Below, piece after piece: positions 10,062 to 20,284 of a stretch of DNA of 64,000 bases. The position numbers and the translations under genes were made by a program. Origin of the DNA: Candidatus Omnitrophica bacterium UBA6215 (GTDB taxonomy: Bacteria; Omnitrophota; Gorgyraeia; Pluralincolimonadales; Pluralincolimonadaceae); the NCBI GenBank assembly GCA_002421665.1, contig DISH01000006.1, positions 84,879 through 148,878 of the forward strand, written 5' to 3'. Numbering within the stretch: the stretch's first letter is position 1; each line of letters starts with the position of its first letter. The notes below the pieces were generated by a model, which ran no database searches, was not told the DNA's origin, and was given only the letters and a program-made list of their open reading frames with translations.

Positions 10062-10874
10062 TTAAACGTCCATCGCTTTCTTCTCTTCCCCCAGGAATCT
10101 CTTGTTCCTGAGGAGTAATTCGTCGAAGTCCACCTGGTAGCCGTCGAATTCCGGGCCGTCAACGCAGGAAAAACGGGTCTTGCCCGCAACTGTGCAACGG
10201 CATGACCCGCACATCCCGGTCGCGTCAAGAAGGATCGCGTTAAGGCTTACCGTTATCGGTATCGCTTTTGGACGCGAGGTCTCCGTTACCGCGCGCATCA
10301 TAGGGAGCGGCCCGCAGCAGATTATCCTGTCTATCTTCTCGCCCCTCTTAAAAAGGTTCGCAAGTGCGTCTGTAACCAGGCCCTTATCGCCGTAACTTCC
10401 GTCATCCGTGGTAACGATAACTTCATCGGCAAGGCCCCTGAAGGTCTCCTCGAGTATAATCAGGTCCCTGTTACGCGCCCCTAATATCGTTATAACCCTG
10501 TTACCTGCCTCTTTCAAAGCACGCACTACGGTAAGGAGTTCGGCCGAACCTACTCCGCCGCCTATCATAACGACCGTGCCGAACTTCTTTATCTGACTCG
10601 GGTTCCCAAGCGGACCGAGTACATCCATTATGGAATCGCCGGGATTAAGCGAGCATAAGTCCTTGGTGGACCTCCCGGCTTCCTGGATTATCATGGTAAT
10701 GGTACCCTTATCCTTATCCATATCGCATATAGTAAGGGGTATCCTTTCCGAAAACTCGTCAAGCCTGACAACCACGAATTGCCCGGGTTTTGCCTCCCGT
10801 ACAACCATAGGAGCTTCAACCTTAAGCATGCTTATAGAACCGGCCAAGACCGTCTTTTCTATGACACTGTGCAT
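10062..10874 (-). CDS. nfnA: NfnA-like subunit (PyrK/SudB-like FAD and 2Fe-2S electron-transfer protein)
   Basis: It has the PyrK-like ferredoxin reductase fold and a C-terminal Cys cluster CGSCRCTVAGKTRFSCVDGPEF, and sits immediately upstream of the GltD-like subunit. Confidence 0.8.
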   Translation of the reverse strand: MHSVIEKTVLAGSISMLKVEAPMVVREAKPGQFVVVRLDEFSERIPLTICDMDKDKGTITMIIQEAGRSTKDLCSLNPGDSIMDVLGPLGNPSQIKKFGTVVMIGGGVGSAELLTVVRALKEAGNRVITILGARNRDLIILEETFRGLADEVIVTTDDGSYGDKGLVTDALANLFKRGEKIDRIICCGPLPMMRAVTETSRPKAIPITVSLNAILLDATGMCGSCRCTVAGKTRFSCVDGPEFDGYQVDFDELLLRNKRFLGEEKKAMDV

Positions 10875-10883
10875 CGATCCTGA

Positions 10884-11846
10884 TTACCTCCCGATCTGTT
10901 TACCGTAACCTGTCTCCAGGGCCTTAACGAGGTCCGTAAGGACGGAATTTACCGGGGTCGGAACACCTAGTGCCGCGCCTTCGGCGGCTATAGCCCCGTT
11001 TATATAATCTATCTCCGTCTTCTGGCCGTCGAGCACATCCTGGAGCATAGAACAGGCATTGTCCGAGCTCGAAGAACAGACTGATTCTATCTTCTTTACC
11101 GGGTCTGAATATACCAGACTTATCCGGCGGCGTTTAGCCACCTTGACCGCTTCCATTACGGCCTGTTTCATTACGTTCCTGGTCCATTCATATTTGAACA
11201 GGTCACCGTTCTTGAGGCGGGTCAGGGCACCCAGGGCGTTTATCCCGACGTTGATTATCAGCTTCGACCATATTACTTCTTTTATGTTGTCGGATATCTT
11301 GGTCTCGAATGAAGATTTCTTGAACAAGGCCGATATCTCTTCCAGCCTCCTGCGGGGAATATACCATTTCCTGACATCCTTACGGGCAGCAGGAGTATAC
11401 CATCTGCCTATTATTGTCTCCCCTTTCCCGGCATGCCTGACCTTTCCATCCCCGACATATGTCGAACCGTGCGAAGTGACCCCACCGACAACTTTCTCCG
11501 GCCCTACGATCTCGGCTATAACCTCTTCGTTCCCGAGACCGTTCTGGAGGGTCAGGACGAGGGTATTTTCGCCGATCGAAGCCTTAGCTTCCTTAACGGC
11601 TTCCTCGGTATCGTAGGATTTGACACAGACAATAACAAGATCACAGACCCCTATATCCTTTGCATCGCAGGTGGCCCTTACCTTAGCACTGAACTCCCCG
11701 ATCCCCTCGACCCTTATCCCGCTATTATTGATCTTCTTTGCGCGGTCCTGGACTTTGTCGAGCAGCCAAACATCTTCGCCCGATCTCGCCAAAGAAGCGG
11801 CTACCAGACAACCAAGGGCCCCCGGGCCGATGATCGCTATCTTCAT
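10884..11846 (-). CDS. panE: 2-dehydropantoate 2-reductase (ketopantoate reductase)
   Basis: The N-terminal Rossmann motif MKIAIIGPGALGCLVAASL is followed by an ApbA/PanE-like region. It is adjacent to panB. Confidence 0.85.
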   Translation of the reverse strand: MKIAIIGPGALGCLVAASLARSGEDVWLLDKVQDRAKKINNSGIRVEGIGEFSAKVRATCDAKDIGVCDLVIVCVKSYDTEEAVKEAKASIGENTLVLTLQNGLGNEEVIAEIVGPEKVVGGVTSHGSTYVGDGKVRHAGKGETIIGRWYTPAARKDVRKWYIPRRRLEEISALFKKSSFETKISDNIKEVIWSKLIINVGINALGALTRLKNGDLFKYEWTRNVMKQAVMEAVKVAKRRRISLVYSDPVKKIESVCSSSSDNACSMLQDVLDGQKTEIDYINGAIAAEGAALGVPTPVNSVLTDLVKALETGYGKQIGR

Positions 11847-12703
11847 CTGGTCCTCCTTACGGACTTGATCTTTTTCAGTTCTGATCCGTTCATTGTAAAA
11901 CTATGCTCCTGTGCCGGGAAGTTACCTGACTCCACATCATCCTTATACCTTTTGAAGGCATTAAGCATCTGCGGCCACAGGTCCGCGTATTTCTTCACGA
12001 ACTTCGGCGTAAATTTATCATACAACCCGATCATATCGTTGGTAACTATTACTTGCCCATTGCAATAAGGGCCTGCGCCAATACCTATGGTCGGTATGCC
12101 AATCTTTTCCGTTATAAGCTTCGCCAGCATATCCGGGACACATTCAAGGACAATGGCAAAGCACCCGGCCTTTTCGAGGGCTACAGCGGAATCAATAAGT
12201 TTTGCGGCGCCCCTGGCATCCTTACCCTGGACCCTGAACCCGCCAAGTTGGGCGGCTGTCTGGGGCGTAAGGCCTATATGCCCGAGAACGGGTATCCCGG
12301 CCTTGACCAGGGTTTTCACCGTGCCGGACATCTCCTCTCCGCCTTCGATCTTTACGGCTGTGCACCCGCCTTCTTTTATGAAACGGCCGGCATTCCGCAC
12401 AGTCTCCTTTTCGGCGATATTATAGGTCATGAAAGGCATATCACCTACAAGCAGGGCATATTTTACGCCGCGCCTGACAGCCTTGGCATGATGTATCATC
12501 TCATCCATGGTTACTGGTATCGTGGATTCGTAGCCGAGTACCGTCATGGCAAGCGAATCGCCGACAAGTACCATGTCCAAGCCCGCCTCGTCAATAAGGC
12601 GTCCGGAAGGATAATCATACGCGGTAAGCATGGTTATCTTCCTGCGATCATCCTTTTTCTTCTGAACATCAGGGATGGTCACCTTTCTGCGTTCGGCATT
12701 CAT
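11843..12703 (-). CDS. panB: 3-methyl-2-oxobutanoate hydroxymethyltransferase
   Basis: It has the KITMLTAYDYPSGRLIDEAGLDMVLVGDSLAM signature. Confidence 0.9.
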   Translation of the reverse strand: MNAERRKVTIPDVQKKKDDRRKITMLTAYDYPSGRLIDEAGLDMVLVGDSLAMTVLGYESTIPVTMDEMIHHAKAVRRGVKYALLVGDMPFMTYNIAEKETVRNAGRFIKEGGCTAVKIEGGEEMSGTVKTLVKAGIPVLGHIGLTPQTAAQLGGFRVQGKDARGAAKLIDSAVALEKAGCFAIVLECVPDMLAKLITEKIGIPTIGIGAGPYCNGQVIVTNDMIGLYDKFTPKFVKKYADLWPQMLNAFKRYKDDVESGNFPAQEHSFTMNGSELKKIKSVRRTR

Positions 12704-15129
12704 TGAGCGCTTCCTTTCATAAGGGACTTCACGATATTAACGGCTTCGATAGCGTCACGCGCATAAGCGGAGGCGCCTATCTGCCTGGCAAACGCCTCAT
12801 TAACCACCGCGCCGCCAACCATCGTCTTGAAATTTAATTCTCTCTTCTTCAATTCTTTAATGACGTGCTCCATCTGTATCATCGTGGTGGTCATCAGCGC
12901 GCTCAGTCCTATTATGTCGGCCTTGTTCTTTACCGCTTCCTTGATTATGATATCGGCGGACACGCTCCTGCCAAGATCGAATATCCTGTAACCGTGGTTC
13001 TCGAGCACCGATATGACGATATTCTTGCCTATATCGTGGATATCGCCTTCAACGGTCGCAAAAACGATCGTCCCCTTGTCCTCCTGTTCCCCCGGCCTGA
13101 TATCCCTCTTGAGGCGTCCGAATGCGCGCTGGACCGCCTCCGCCGAAAGTATCACCTGAGGGAGGAAGTACTCCCTCTTGCCGAATTTCTCCCCGACGGT
13201 CTCAAGGGCGGGGATCAATATACCGCCGTTTATCTCCAACGGCGGTATCCCCTGCGCCAGGGCTTCTTCGATATATCCTGCTATATTATCCTTATCTCCG
13301 TAGATCACAGCCTCGGTAAGGAGGGTCCTGACATCTTTCCCATCCCCCGGCTTAGACTTGCAGGACGAGGCAGGAATACGTATGACAGGATTCAACGCTT
13401 CCTTCAGGAATTGTTTTATCCGGGTATCCGTAGCGGCCCTCTTCTTCTTGCGTTTCGCGACCCAGAACATATTGTCGTCGCTCGGGTTGATTATCGCAAG
13501 GTCAAGGCCATAAGAAAGGGCCAATGAGAAGAAATCGGCGTTGATCTTCCTCCTGTTAGGAAGGCCAAATGATATGTTGCTGACACCAAGCGAGCACGAA
13601 AAACCGCTCTTCCTGAGGTCTCTTATAGCTTTCAAGGTCTCTCCCGCCTGCCCGGGTTCCGCCGATATCGCCAATGTAAGCGGGTCCACTATTATATCCT
13701 CTTTACGTATGCCAAGCGCCAGGGCCTTCTTTATTACCGTTGAAGCTATCTTTACGCGTGCCTTGGCGTTCTTCGGTATACCGCACTTATCAAGCGCCAG
13801 CACAAGTACTGCCGCGCCGTATTTCCTGGCCAGCGGGAGCATCGAGGCGATCTTCTCTTTCTCACCGTTAACTGAATTTATCAAGGGCTTGCCTGCTGTT
13901 TCCTTGAGGGCAGCCTCGACAGCGAACGGGCTCGTGCTGTCTATCGATATAGGCGCTTCGCTTACCGCCTGTACGGCTTCCACGGCAGACGCGATCGTAT
14001 CCTGCTCCCGGATGCCGGGAACCCCGACATTGATATCGAGTATATCTGCGCCTTTACGTGACTGTTCTATCGCTTCCCGTCTTATAATAACGTTTTTGCC
14101 CTGCTTTATCTCTTCCTGCAGGTCCTTCCTGCCCGTGGGATTTATCCTCTCGCCTATAATAACAGGCCTTGTTTTGGCATTAAGCTCGATCGTCTTCGTG
14201 CGCGAAGAGAGCCTGAAAGCCGGAATGTATTTCCGGTGTCGCGGCTTCTTTCCGCGTAAAATCCTGCTTACTTCCCTGATATGTTCGGGCGTAGTCCCGC
14301 AACATCCGCCTATCAGATTTACGCCGAGCGCAGCGAACCTGGCCGCATATCCCGCAAATGCCTTGGGAGTCTCGGGAAAATATGTCTTGCCTTCACGCAA
14401 TTCCGGCAAACCTGCATTCGGCTGGCAGGAGATGAACCTGTCAGTCAGAGGGGACATTTCTTTTATCACGTTCAACAATTCTTTCGGCCCGGTAGAACAG
14501 TTGGTGCCGATGATATCCGCACCAAGCGAATTCAGCAGAACGGCAAAAGCGGAAGGAGTAGTGCCGTAGGTACTGCGCTCGCCTCCTTCAAAAGTCATCT
14601 GGGCCTGGATAGGTAACCCGCCTATTTCCTTGGCAGCGATAACCGCCGCCTTAAGTTCCTTTATGTCGGCGAAGGTTTCGAGTATCACGAGATCGCAGCC
14701 GCCTTCCTTAAGTTGTCTTATCTGGTCTTCGAAGGCCTTGACCGCCTCATCGAACGAAAGGTCGCCGAGGGGGCTTATCTGCCTGTCGAGCGGCCCGACC
14801 GAACCGGCTACATATATCTTCCTCCCGCGGCATCCCGAAGCAGCGGACTTGGCTATCCGCGCCGCTTCATAATTGATCCTGTCGGCATCCTTCTCAAGGC
14901 CGTAAGAAGCGAGTTTCAACCTGCTAGCGCCGAACGAATTCGTTTCAATGACATCTGCGCCGGCATCTATATAGCTGCGGTGTATGCTGCCGATCACACC
15001 GGGATCGGAGATATTGAGTTCTTCCGGGCAAGCTCCCGCCTTAAGCGCTCCTGTCTCTTGCAGCACCGTCCCGAGAGCACCGTCGTATATCAGTATTTCA
15101 TTTTTTAGCCTTGCTAATACCTCTTTCAT
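12700..15129 (-). CDS. metH: Cobalamin-dependent methionine synthase core (Hcy-binding, pterin-binding and B12-binding domains), lacking the C-terminal reactivation domain
   Basis: It has the N-terminal S-methyltransferase domain LIYDGALGTVLQ, a pterin-binding domain and a B12 domain with the DxHxxG motif EGDIHDIGKNIV. At 809 aa it is too short to include the AdoMet activation domain. Confidence 0.85.
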   Translation of the reverse strand: MKEVLARLKNEILIYDGALGTVLQETGALKAGACPEELNISDPGVIGSIHRSYIDAGADVIETNSFGASRLKLASYGLEKDADRINYEAARIAKSAASGCRGRKIYVAGSVGPLDRQISPLGDLSFDEAVKAFEDQIRQLKEGGCDLVILETFADIKELKAAVIAAKEIGGLPIQAQMTFEGGERSTYGTTPSAFAVLLNSLGADIIGTNCSTGPKELLNVIKEMSPLTDRFISCQPNAGLPELREGKTYFPETPKAFAGYAARFAALGVNLIGGCCGTTPEHIREVSRILRGKKPRHRKYIPAFRLSSRTKTIELNAKTRPVIIGERINPTGRKDLQEEIKQGKNVIIRREAIEQSRKGADILDINVGVPGIREQDTIASAVEAVQAVSEAPISIDSTSPFAVEAALKETAGKPLINSVNGEKEKIASMLPLARKYGAAVLVLALDKCGIPKNAKARVKIASTVIKKALALGIRKEDIIVDPLTLAISAEPGQAGETLKAIRDLRKSGFSCSLGVSNISFGLPNRRKINADFFSLALSYGLDLAIINPSDDNMFWVAKRKKKRAATDTRIKQFLKEALNPVIRIPASSCKSKPGDGKDVRTLLTEAVIYGDKDNIAGYIEEALAQGIPPLEINGGILIPALETVGEKFGKREYFLPQVILSAEAVQRAFGRLKRDIRPGEQEDKGTIVFATVEGDIHDIGKNIVISVLENHGYRIFDLGRSVSADIIIKEAVKNKADIIGLSALMTTTMIQMEHVIKELKKRELNFKTMVGGAVVNEAFARQIGASAYARDAIEAVNIVKSLMKGSAQ

Positions 15130-15664
15130 ACACTTTCCTTATGGGTTTATGCCCGGCTTTGAGCAGCCCTATGCATGCCGTAACGGATTTTTCCGGCAGC
15201 ATTATGCAACTCTTTGTAGCGCGCACGCCTATCTTCTCCGCTTTTAAAACCTTTAATATCTTCGCCTGGTCAAAGATCGACCAGTCACCGTATCCCGGGC
15301 TGAAACGTGCGATGGTCGAAAAGCCCTCGGAACCGGCATTTTTGGTAACAGCCTTATCGATCGCGTCCGCCAAAGCTTCTGCCGCCTCGGAACCCACGGC
15401 ATCCAAGACTGTCGCCCGTGCTATTTCGCCGCCGCTTACATAAGAATTTATCTTTTCGGGGAGGTCCTTCCCTATCGTGCAGACGAATAACGCTGCCTTC
15501 ACCGACCCCCTGAGATGTTTCGCAAGGGAAGAACTCTTGACCTTAAGCCCGGAAGCGGAAAATCCGATCTTAGGTCCCCTGACGGTTATGTCGTATATAT
15601 TAAATACGGCCTTAGACTCGACCAGCGAAAGCCCTTCTTCCATCACCGAAGAGATGAATGACAT
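15098..15664 (-). CDS. Stand-alone MetH reactivation (AdoMet-binding activation) domain-like protein
   Basis: The 188-aa protein has an FSPGYGDW motif resembling the RxxxGY AdoMet-binding motif of the MetH activation domain, as in stand-alone Thermotoga-type proteins. It overlaps the metH start. Confidence 0.45.
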   Translation of the reverse strand: MSFISSVMEEGLSLVESKAVFNIYDITVRGPKIGFSASGLKVKSSSLAKHLRGSVKAALFVCTIGKDLPEKINSYVSGGEIARATVLDAVGSEAAEALADAIDKAVTKNAGSEGFSTIARFSPGYGDWSIFDQAKILKVLKAEKIGVRATKSCIMLPEKSVTACIGLLKAGHKPIRKVYERGISKAKK

Positions 15665-15773
15665 GACCCTCTTATCCGCCTTCGTCTTGTATTTCGCAAA
15701 CTTAAGGCGGGAAAGGACAAGCTCCGCGGGTATCTTTATAGGGATATTCTTAAGAAAGACTATCTCTCGCCTC

Positions 15774-16646
15774 CTAAAGGCCGGCCTTGTCCAGGATCCG
15801 GGGAACGAGCTTGTTCCAGCCCAGCGACATTATATGAACTCCATGGGCCAGGCCTTTCAAGTCTTTTATGGTGCGCGCTGCGATCTCGACGGCTTTATGT
15901 TGCCTGTCCGGCGCGTTCTCGATCTCTTCAATGAGTTTGTCGGGGATGAATATCCCGGCGACATTCTTGTTCATGAACCGGGCCATATCAGGGGATTTGA
16001 TGAGAATTATCCCGGCGATCACGCAGGTATCGAAACTTTTTACCTTATCCATGAACGCGGCAAAAGCGTCGACATCGTATACTCCCTGGGTCTGGAAGAA
16101 CGAGGCGCCGGCTTTTACCTTCTTCTCGAACTTTATCAGTTCCGGTTCAAGCGGATCGGCGCCGGGGTTAACGACAGCGCCTATGCAAAAACTCGGCACG
16201 CCTTTCAGTTCTTTGCCTGCCATATCCTTCCCGGTTTCAAGCCCTTTAAGCGTATTTATAAGTTGCACGGAATCCAGGTCGAATACAGGTTTTGCTGCAG
16301 GATGATCACCTCTCGACGGATGGTCGCCGGTAAGGACGAGTACATTCTCTATGCCGAGAGCCGCCGCAGATAGGGCATCGGACTGTAGCGCTATCCTGTT
16401 GCGGTCACGGCAGGTAAGCTGGTATATAGGCTCGACGCCTTCTTCCTTCAAAAGTCTGGAGACCGCAAGCGAACCCAGCCTCATTACCGCACTTTGTGAA
16501 TCCGTGACGTTGACGGCATCTACCCTGTCTTTAAGCATGAGGGCCTCTTCAAGGTTAGACTTTACGTCAATGCCTTTCGGCGGTCCGATCTCGGAGGTAA
16601 TTATGAACTTCCTGCTGCTTATCTTTTCTTTTAAGGTCATTATCAT
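15774..16646 (-). CDS. metF: Methylenetetrahydrofolate reductase
   Basis: It has the MetF fold signature across 290 aa and is adjacent to metV. Confidence 0.9.
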   Translation of the reverse strand: MIMTLKEKISSRKFIITSEIGPPKGIDVKSNLEEALMLKDRVDAVNVTDSQSAVMRLGSLAVSRLLKEEGVEPIYQLTCRDRNRIALQSDALSAAALGIENVLVLTGDHPSRGDHPAAKPVFDLDSVQLINTLKGLETGKDMAGKELKGVPSFCIGAVVNPGADPLEPELIKFEKKVKAGASFFQTQGVYDVDAFAAFMDKVKSFDTCVIAGIILIKSPDMARFMNKNVAGIFIPDKLIEEIENAPDRQHKAVEIAARTIKDLKGLAHGVHIMSLGWNKLVPRILDKAGL

Positions 16647-17302
16647 CTCTTCCTGACAGCGTCCACAATTATCCTGCGCGGCCTGATAGAACGTGAATGG
16701 TCCTTTGGCGGCATGATCTTCTTCATATTATCAAGCTTGCCCGCATCCTTGAGCCTGTTATATATCAACAACCACCCGCAGTCGATCTCGGGGTTTACTT
16801 CGCATTTGCCGTCCTTGGCGCCTCCGCATGGGCCGTTCTGGAGCCCCTTAGGGCATAACGCGTTCGGGCAATAACCTCCGGTCATAAAAAGGGTGCAGTC
16901 TCCGCATAATGCGCATACTTCATTGAACCTGCCCGCTCTCTCAGACTGACCCAGGAACAGGGTATCATTAGCCGGAACAACGTTCATGCCTGTCCCGGCA
17001 CAAACTGTATGCGCCCCGTCGCCGCAGCTCATGACAAGCACGGCCCCTGAACCCGATATTGCATCTTTGCCGTCGCGGAAACGTTTCTTTACCTCAAGCA
17101 GGTTGCACGGCGTATCCCAGACTTCGGCGGCGGTCACTTTCTTGCCTTTTCCCTCAAGGACCTGCCGCATGCTCTTTACCTCTTCTTCGCCTCCGGTCTT
17201 GCAAATGGTCGCGCATTGCGTGCATCCGACTATGAATACCTTTTCTATGCCATCGAGGCACTTGAGTATGTCATCTATTGGTTTCTGCCTGGTTATTATC
17301 AT
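16643..17302 (-). CDS. metV: MetV-like Cys-rich partner subunit of MetF (MTHFR C-terminal-like domain)
   Basis: It is Cys-rich and has the CPKGLQNGPCGG motif typical of the MTHFR_C / MetV family. It overlaps metF by 4 bp. Confidence 0.75.
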   Translation of the reverse strand: MIITRQKPIDDILKCLDGIEKVFIVGCTQCATICKTGGEEEVKSMRQVLEGKGKKVTAAEVWDTPCNLLEVKKRFRDGKDAISGSGAVLVMSCGDGAHTVCAGTGMNVVPANDTLFLGQSERAGRFNEVCALCGDCTLFMTGGYCPNALCPKGLQNGPCGGAKDGKCEVNPEIDCGWLLIYNRLKDAGKLDNMKKIMPPKDHSRSIRPRRIIVDAVRKR

Positions 17303-18114
17303 TTCTTCATCTGTTCCTTGAAAAGGGCTATGCAGTTGCGCATAGACATCATGACCGTAAGCGGCCCTACGCCTCCGGGTACGGGCGTAATGAAACCGGC
17401 GCGCTTTGCAGCCGAAGCGAATTCAACGTCGCCTTTGACCTTTCCTGCCACCTTTGTAATGCCTACGTCTACAACGATCGCCCCGTGCTTGATCCAACCG
17501 CCCCTTATGAGACCGGGCTTACCGACTGCAACAACAAGTACCTCGGCACGGCCGATGTGTTCTTTTAACTTCCCGCGGCCTGCAGTCCCGATATGGCAGA
17601 CCGTCACCGTCGCCAGCTTGTCCAGGAGGAACATGGCTATGGGTTTGCCGACAAGTTCGCCGTGACCGACAACAACCGCCTCCCTGCCGAAGAGGCTTAT
17701 CCCGGTCGAGTTTATTATCTCCATAACCGCCGACGCCGTGGGGTTGACCCTTTCAACGTTTTTGGCGGGATCTATATAGTATATGACCTGCTTGAGATTT
17801 ATCGTTTTGGGCACCGGCAGACCGAGCATAACAGCCGTAGTATCCTTATCCCTGTTTAGCTTCTTTATTACCCTGATAAGCTCATCCTGGGAAACGGAAT
17901 TGCAAAGATTGATCTTCCTGTACTTGATACCCAGCTCTCCCGCAAGCTTTTCCTGCGAATTAAGGTATATAGTCGCCGGCTTATGCCCGCCGATCTGGAT
18001 CACTGACAGCATCGGCGTCTTCCCGTATTTTTTCTTGATTGCACAGACTTCCCGTTTTATCTGCGCCTTCATCTTCACCGCCAACCGCTTTCCGTCAAGT
18101 ATCTTCGCGACCAT
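17299..18114 (-). CDS. folD: Bifunctional methylene-THF dehydrogenase / methenyl-THF cyclohydrolase
   Basis: It has the FolD signature across 271 aa (MVAKILDGKRLA... GRSxxVG-like regions). Confidence 0.9.
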   Translation of the reverse strand: MVAKILDGKRLAVKMKAQIKREVCAIKKKYGKTPMLSVIQIGGHKPATIYLNSQEKLAGELGIKYRKINLCNSVSQDELIRVIKKLNRDKDTTAVMLGLPVPKTINLKQVIYYIDPAKNVERVNPTASAVMEIINSTGISLFGREAVVVGHGELVGKPIAMFLLDKLATVTVCHIGTAGRGKLKEHIGRAEVLVVAVGKPGLIRGGWIKHGAIVVDVGITKVAGKVKGDVEFASAAKRAGFITPVPGGVGPLTVMMSMRNCIALFKEQMKK

Positions 18115-18594
18115 CTATCTGCCCGTCCATTTCTTATTGAGCCTGGCAAGATTCTCCGCTGCACCGGCCGAAGCCTTCAGAAACAACTCTGCCGCGCGAA
18201 GGTCCCCGGCAAGATTCCTGTTGCCTATCTTCCTGAGCCTCGGGCAATACTTAAGCGCCTCCTTCGAAAGAGCCGCGATCTCCTCAACGCACAACGTCGC
18301 TTTCTTCATAGAAGAAGCCGACCTTGTCCTCGAATATTGTTCGTATGACCTGGCATCCTTTTCTATGTACGCGGCAAGCTTCGTTTCCAGGCGCTGCGCT
18401 TTTAAAAAAATGGCCTTGGCATCCTTTTCATACATCCTGTATTTTTTCCTGCCTATAGTGAAGTTCGCGACTTTCATGATCAATGCCGCACCGATAGCCC
18501 CGGTCAACGCGGCCGAAGCTCCGCCTCCCGGCACCGGTTTCCTGTCTCCCAATGCCGCAGCAAAAATATCTATCCTGCTTTTGGAGGATATCAT
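18115..18594 (-). CDS. fchA: Methenyl-THF cyclohydrolase / cyclodeaminase-domain protein (FchA-like)
   Basis: It has PVPGGGASAALTGAIGAAL, typical of the FTCD cyclodeaminase domain. It sits between fhs and folD. Confidence 0.7.
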   Translation of the reverse strand: MISSKSRIDIFAAALGDRKPVPGGGASAALTGAIGAALIMKVANFTIGRKKYRMYEKDAKAIFLKAQRLETKLAAYIEKDARSYEQYSRTRSASSMKKATLCVEEIAALSKEALKYCPRLRKIGNRNLAGDLRAAELFLKASAGAAENLARLNKKWTGR

Positions 18595-20273
18595 CAGAAT
18601 AACCCCGATATGTTACCGTCGTCGTCAATATCCACCCTCTCGGCAAGGGGGACCTTCGGCATCCCGGGCATAAGGTTCATCTCGCCTGTAAGCGCGACAA
18701 GGAAACCCGCACCGGCCGAGACCTTGACTTCTTTTACCTTGAGACGCCACCCTGACGGGGCACCTTTCTGCTTGGGATCATCCGTAAAAGAAAGATGCGT
18801 CTTTGCCATATTGACCGGCAACTCGTCATAACCGTTCTCCGTAAGGAACGTGATATCATCTTCCGAAGAACCGACATATACAACACCTTCTGCACCATAG
18901 ACCTCTAAGGCTATCTTTTCTATCTTTTCCTTTATCGAAAGACTGAGTTCATAAAGCGGTTTAAACTTCGAAGGATGCTCCTGCATCGTAGATATGACGG
19001 CCTGGGCAAGTTTTTCCCCTCCTTCTCCGCCTTTTGCCACGACCTCGGTTATTTCTGCAAGCACCCCCTTGCTCCTGCATGATTCTTTTATCCTGTTGAG
19101 CTCATTATCGGTATCGGCCGGGAACCTGTTGATAGCTACGACCGGCCATATCCCGAATCTCTTGACATTCTCTAAATGCCTTTCCAGGTTGCAAAGGCCA
19201 TTGTTAAGAGAAACGAGGTCTTCCTTATCGAGCTCGCCGTCGGCCATTCCTCCGTGCGATTTAAGCGCCCTGGCGCTGACCACTACTACGGCACAATCCG
19301 GTTTGAACTTCCCCTGCCTGGTAACTACGTCGCAGAATTTCTCGAAACCCAGGTCCGTGCCGAACCCGGTCTCGATCACCGCGTAATCGGCGAGTTTAAG
19401 CGCCATCTGGGTAGCAAGCACGCTGTTCGTCCCGTGGGCTATGTTGCCAAAAGGCCCCATATGTATGAAAGCAGGCTGGCTTTCCAGGGTCTGGGCTATA
19501 TTCGGTTTTATTGCGTCTTTCAATATCGCAGCCATCGCACCAACAACTTTAAGTTCGGATGCCGTTACGGGCTTGCCTTTGCTGGTAAACCCTACTATCA
19601 TCCTGCCGAGCCTCTCTTTAAGGTCTTTGTAACCCGTGGTCAAGGCAAGGCAAGCCATGACTTCGGAGGCGGCGGTGATATCGAAACCGTCGCGCCGTTT
19701 TACGGCACCTTCGGCTGCGCCTACCTGTATCTCGCGCAGGCTCTTGTCGCAAAGATCTATCGCCCTTCGCCATAATATCTTCTTCGGGTCAAACTTGAGT
19801 TCGTTGCCCCTTGAGATATGGTTATCGATCGCGGCACTTAAAAGATTATGCGCAGAGGTAACGGCATGGATATCCCCTGTAAAATGGAGGTTTATATCTT
19901 CCATCGGTAAGACTTGGGCATACCCGCCTCCGCAACCTCCTCCTTTCAGGCCCAAAGCCGGCCCCAGGGAGGGTTCTCTCAAACAAAGTATTACGCGCTT
20001 CTTCAGGCGGCCCAACGCCTGGGTAAGGCCTATGGATACGCAGGTTTTGCCTTCGCCGTGCCTCGTCGGGGTTATGGCAGTGACAAGGACAAGTTTGCCG
20101 TCTGGACGGGCCTTAAGCCTCTGCAATACGCCGAGAACGACCTTGGCCTTGTAATTACCGTAAAGCTCGAGCTCATCTGCGTTTAAACCGGCTTTTGTCG
20201 CAACACCCACTATTTGCTTGGGATGCGTCAGCCTGGCTATTTCTGATGTAGAATGCGGTTTTTTAGCGAACAT
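18594..20273 (-). CDS. fhs: Formate--tetrahydrofolate ligase
   Basis: It shows strong FTHFS similarity over 559 aa (e.g. TPTRHGEGKT). Confidence 0.9.
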   Translation of the reverse strand: MFAKKPHSTSEIARLTHPKQIVGVATKAGLNADELELYGNYKAKVVLGVLQRLKARPDGKLVLVTAITPTRHGEGKTCVSIGLTQALGRLKKRVILCLREPSLGPALGLKGGGCGGGYAQVLPMEDINLHFTGDIHAVTSAHNLLSAAIDNHISRGNELKFDPKKILWRRAIDLCDKSLREIQVGAAEGAVKRRDGFDITAASEVMACLALTTGYKDLKERLGRMIVGFTSKGKPVTASELKVVGAMAAILKDAIKPNIAQTLESQPAFIHMGPFGNIAHGTNSVLATQMALKLADYAVIETGFGTDLGFEKFCDVVTRQGKFKPDCAVVVVSARALKSHGGMADGELDKEDLVSLNNGLCNLERHLENVKRFGIWPVVAINRFPADTDNELNRIKESCRSKGVLAEITEVVAKGGEGGEKLAQAVISTMQEHPSKFKPLYELSLSIKEKIEKIALEVYGAEGVVYVGSSEDDITFLTENGYDELPVNMAKTHLSFTDDPKQKGAPSGWRLKVKEVKVSAGAGFLVALTGEMNLMPGMPKVPLAERVDIDDDGNISGLF

Positions 20274-20284
20274 AGTAATTCTTT

